Source: Rhizaria sp. SCN 62-66
Lineage: Eukaryota
DNA length: 20,000 nucleotides
Direction: 5' to 3'
NCBI GenBank assembly: GCA_001724265.1
Contig: MEDY01000139.1
Location: 45,359 to 65,358 of the forward strand
The notes beneath the pieces were generated by a model. The model did no database searches, had not been told where the DNA came from, and saw nothing but the letters and a program-made list of their open reading frames with translations. This document shows, in pieces, positions 18,645-20,000 of the stretch. Numbering within the stretch: the first letter of the stretch is position 1; every line of letters begins with the position of its first letter. Both the position numbers and the translations under genes were made by a program.

Positions 18645-20000
18645 ATGATGCGTCTATCCCACATACAATACATTCTTCAATGTGATCCCGCACCAAAGAC
18701 ACTGCGTCGAACCCGGAGCAAGAAACGGCGACGAGTGAATTTGTTGTGGCCGCGGTGTGAGCGATTCTGTGAGCGAGTTGACAGTTGGCTATTGAGTATT
18801 GAGGAGAACGGGGAGGTAGGTTGCAGTGCGCACACCGTCATGTCACAAAGCACAAAAAACGTTTGTGGTCAAGATGATTTTAAAGTTTGCGAGAAAAAGA
18901 TTTCAGCCAAATTATTGCGATGCAGACCCACGTTTTTGGACAGTTTTATTTACGGCAGTTGTTAAGCGAGAATTTAGTGCAAATAACGCTTTGTTAAATC
19001 TTATGGCAGTGGAATTAATGCCAATAAAACATCAAATTTCTATCAAGACCAGCTAACACTTTTGCGTCTCCTTTCATCTTCCATTTACGCCATTATAGGT
19101 CCATAGACAAGATCCCAACAGGTTAAAACCATTATCCTCGAGCAAACCAGTTTTGCCCATTTACATGGAGCATACATTCGCAGTACGTGAGACGATCGGT
19201 GGCTTGTTGTCACCCTCTGTTCGCGCGGTCGTGACGCAACTTGCCCGAAGTACACAGCTCCTGCGTACGTATCAATGGAAAAAACCCTTGGAGTTCCCAA
19301 TTTCTGCCATCGATCTACTCGAAATGGTTGACATTGACATCCCCGACGTGCCCCGCACAGAAGAGATTGCGACTGCGAGCGACCCCAACGCGCTGCGCAG
19401 CTCTCTCGCGCGTCTCGCTGCGACAGCCGACGTGGTAGGCAACCACTTCCATCGCTATCTTCGGTTTGTCAAACAGACCGTGGCCTCCCGATAGCTCGAG
19501 GAGGAGGAAGCGGCAGACAACGATGCTGATGATGATGATGACCAGGGTGTGTGTGAGAACGAAGCGACCGAGGATGAAGACTAGGTTGACGCAGAGGTTG
19601 ACGCCGAGGCTGAGGCTGAGGCTGAGGCTGAGAACGAGGACGACGAATCCGAGAAGGACGTTGAACAGCTTGGCGACGCCGAGGACCTGCCTCCCCTCGT
19701 CAGCGCCAAGAACGAGGACGATGAACTCACCAGTGCTACCGTGGCTGCGGTCCGCGCGGGCGCGAACGAGATCTCATACCCCTTCCTCTGCAAACGCGTG
19801 CTCCGCTTTCTCCGCCGCCGGTTCGAGCATTTCTACGACACACCCGCCGCGGTCGCCGCCACGCGCGACACGCTCGTGCCACTGCTCTACTCCCCCAACC
19901 AGACCACGGCGACGCTGGCCGCTGTCGCGCTGCGGGGGCTGGCCAACGCCGCCCCGCGCCGCTACCGCGCCCGGCTCGCGCGCGCACTCGCAGTGCCGGT
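18645..20000 (+). CDS. Hypothetical protein with acidic tract and ARM/HEAT-like helices (exon 1 18645-18815, exon 2 19099->20000; two in-frame TAG)
   Basis: Exon 1 reads MMRLSHIQ...RRTRSKKRRR...IEENGE and joins in phase 0 to VHRQDPNRLKP.... The frame continues to the window end with GC3-rich codons, broken only by TAG at 19492 and 19582. The last part, TLVPLLYSPNQTTATLAAVALRGLA, looks like an ARM/HEAT repeat. Confidence 0.65.
18816..19098 (+). other. Probable GT-AG intron (283 nt, phase 0)
   Basis: Donor GAG|GTAGGT, AT-rich body, branch-like GCTAAC at about 19052-19057, pyrimidine tract, acceptor TTATAG|GTC. Branch-to-acceptor spacing is similar to the STT3 intron. The donor is less certain than the acceptor. 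Confidence 0.7.
19606..19632 (+). repeat. (GAGGCT)4 GAG coding repeat (Glu-Ala)
   Basis: Perfect hexamer tandem inside the acidic tract. Confidence 0.85.

Noticed and set aside
1-20000. CRISPR array, transposon, tRNA or rRNA
   Set aside because: I saw no spaced direct repeats, terminal repeats, transposase or reverse transcriptase motifs, cloverleaf, or rRNA signatures. In particular, no suppressor tRNA is visible in this window.

Overview
Gene-dense eukaryotic (probably protist) nuclear DNA with four protein genes and rare GT-AG introns. (1) The 5' part of an STT3 oligosaccharyltransferase gene on the minus strand, with one 111-nt intron; it runs off the window start and its true frame is missing from the ORF track. 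(2) A minus-strand gene joining importin-alpha-like ARM repeats to a degenerate C-terminal cyclophilin fold, followed by a decayed copy of its own 3' end. (3) A 12-kb uninterrupted ORF (4024 aa): mostly low-complexity sequence around about 6-7 hydrophobic helices and one class III nucleotidyl cyclase domain that keeps both metal-binding Asp but lacks the catalytic Asn/Arg. (4) The start of an acidic, ARM/HEAT-like gene with one intron. The most notable signal is five in-frame TAG codons within apparently coding sequence of genes 2 and 4, while gene 3 (and gene 2 if TAG is read through) ends in TAA. This suggests a nuclear code with UAG as a sense codon and UAA as stop. The main counter-evidence is that STT3 and the 4024-aa ORF contain no in-frame TAG. 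All homology calls are by eye, without database searches.
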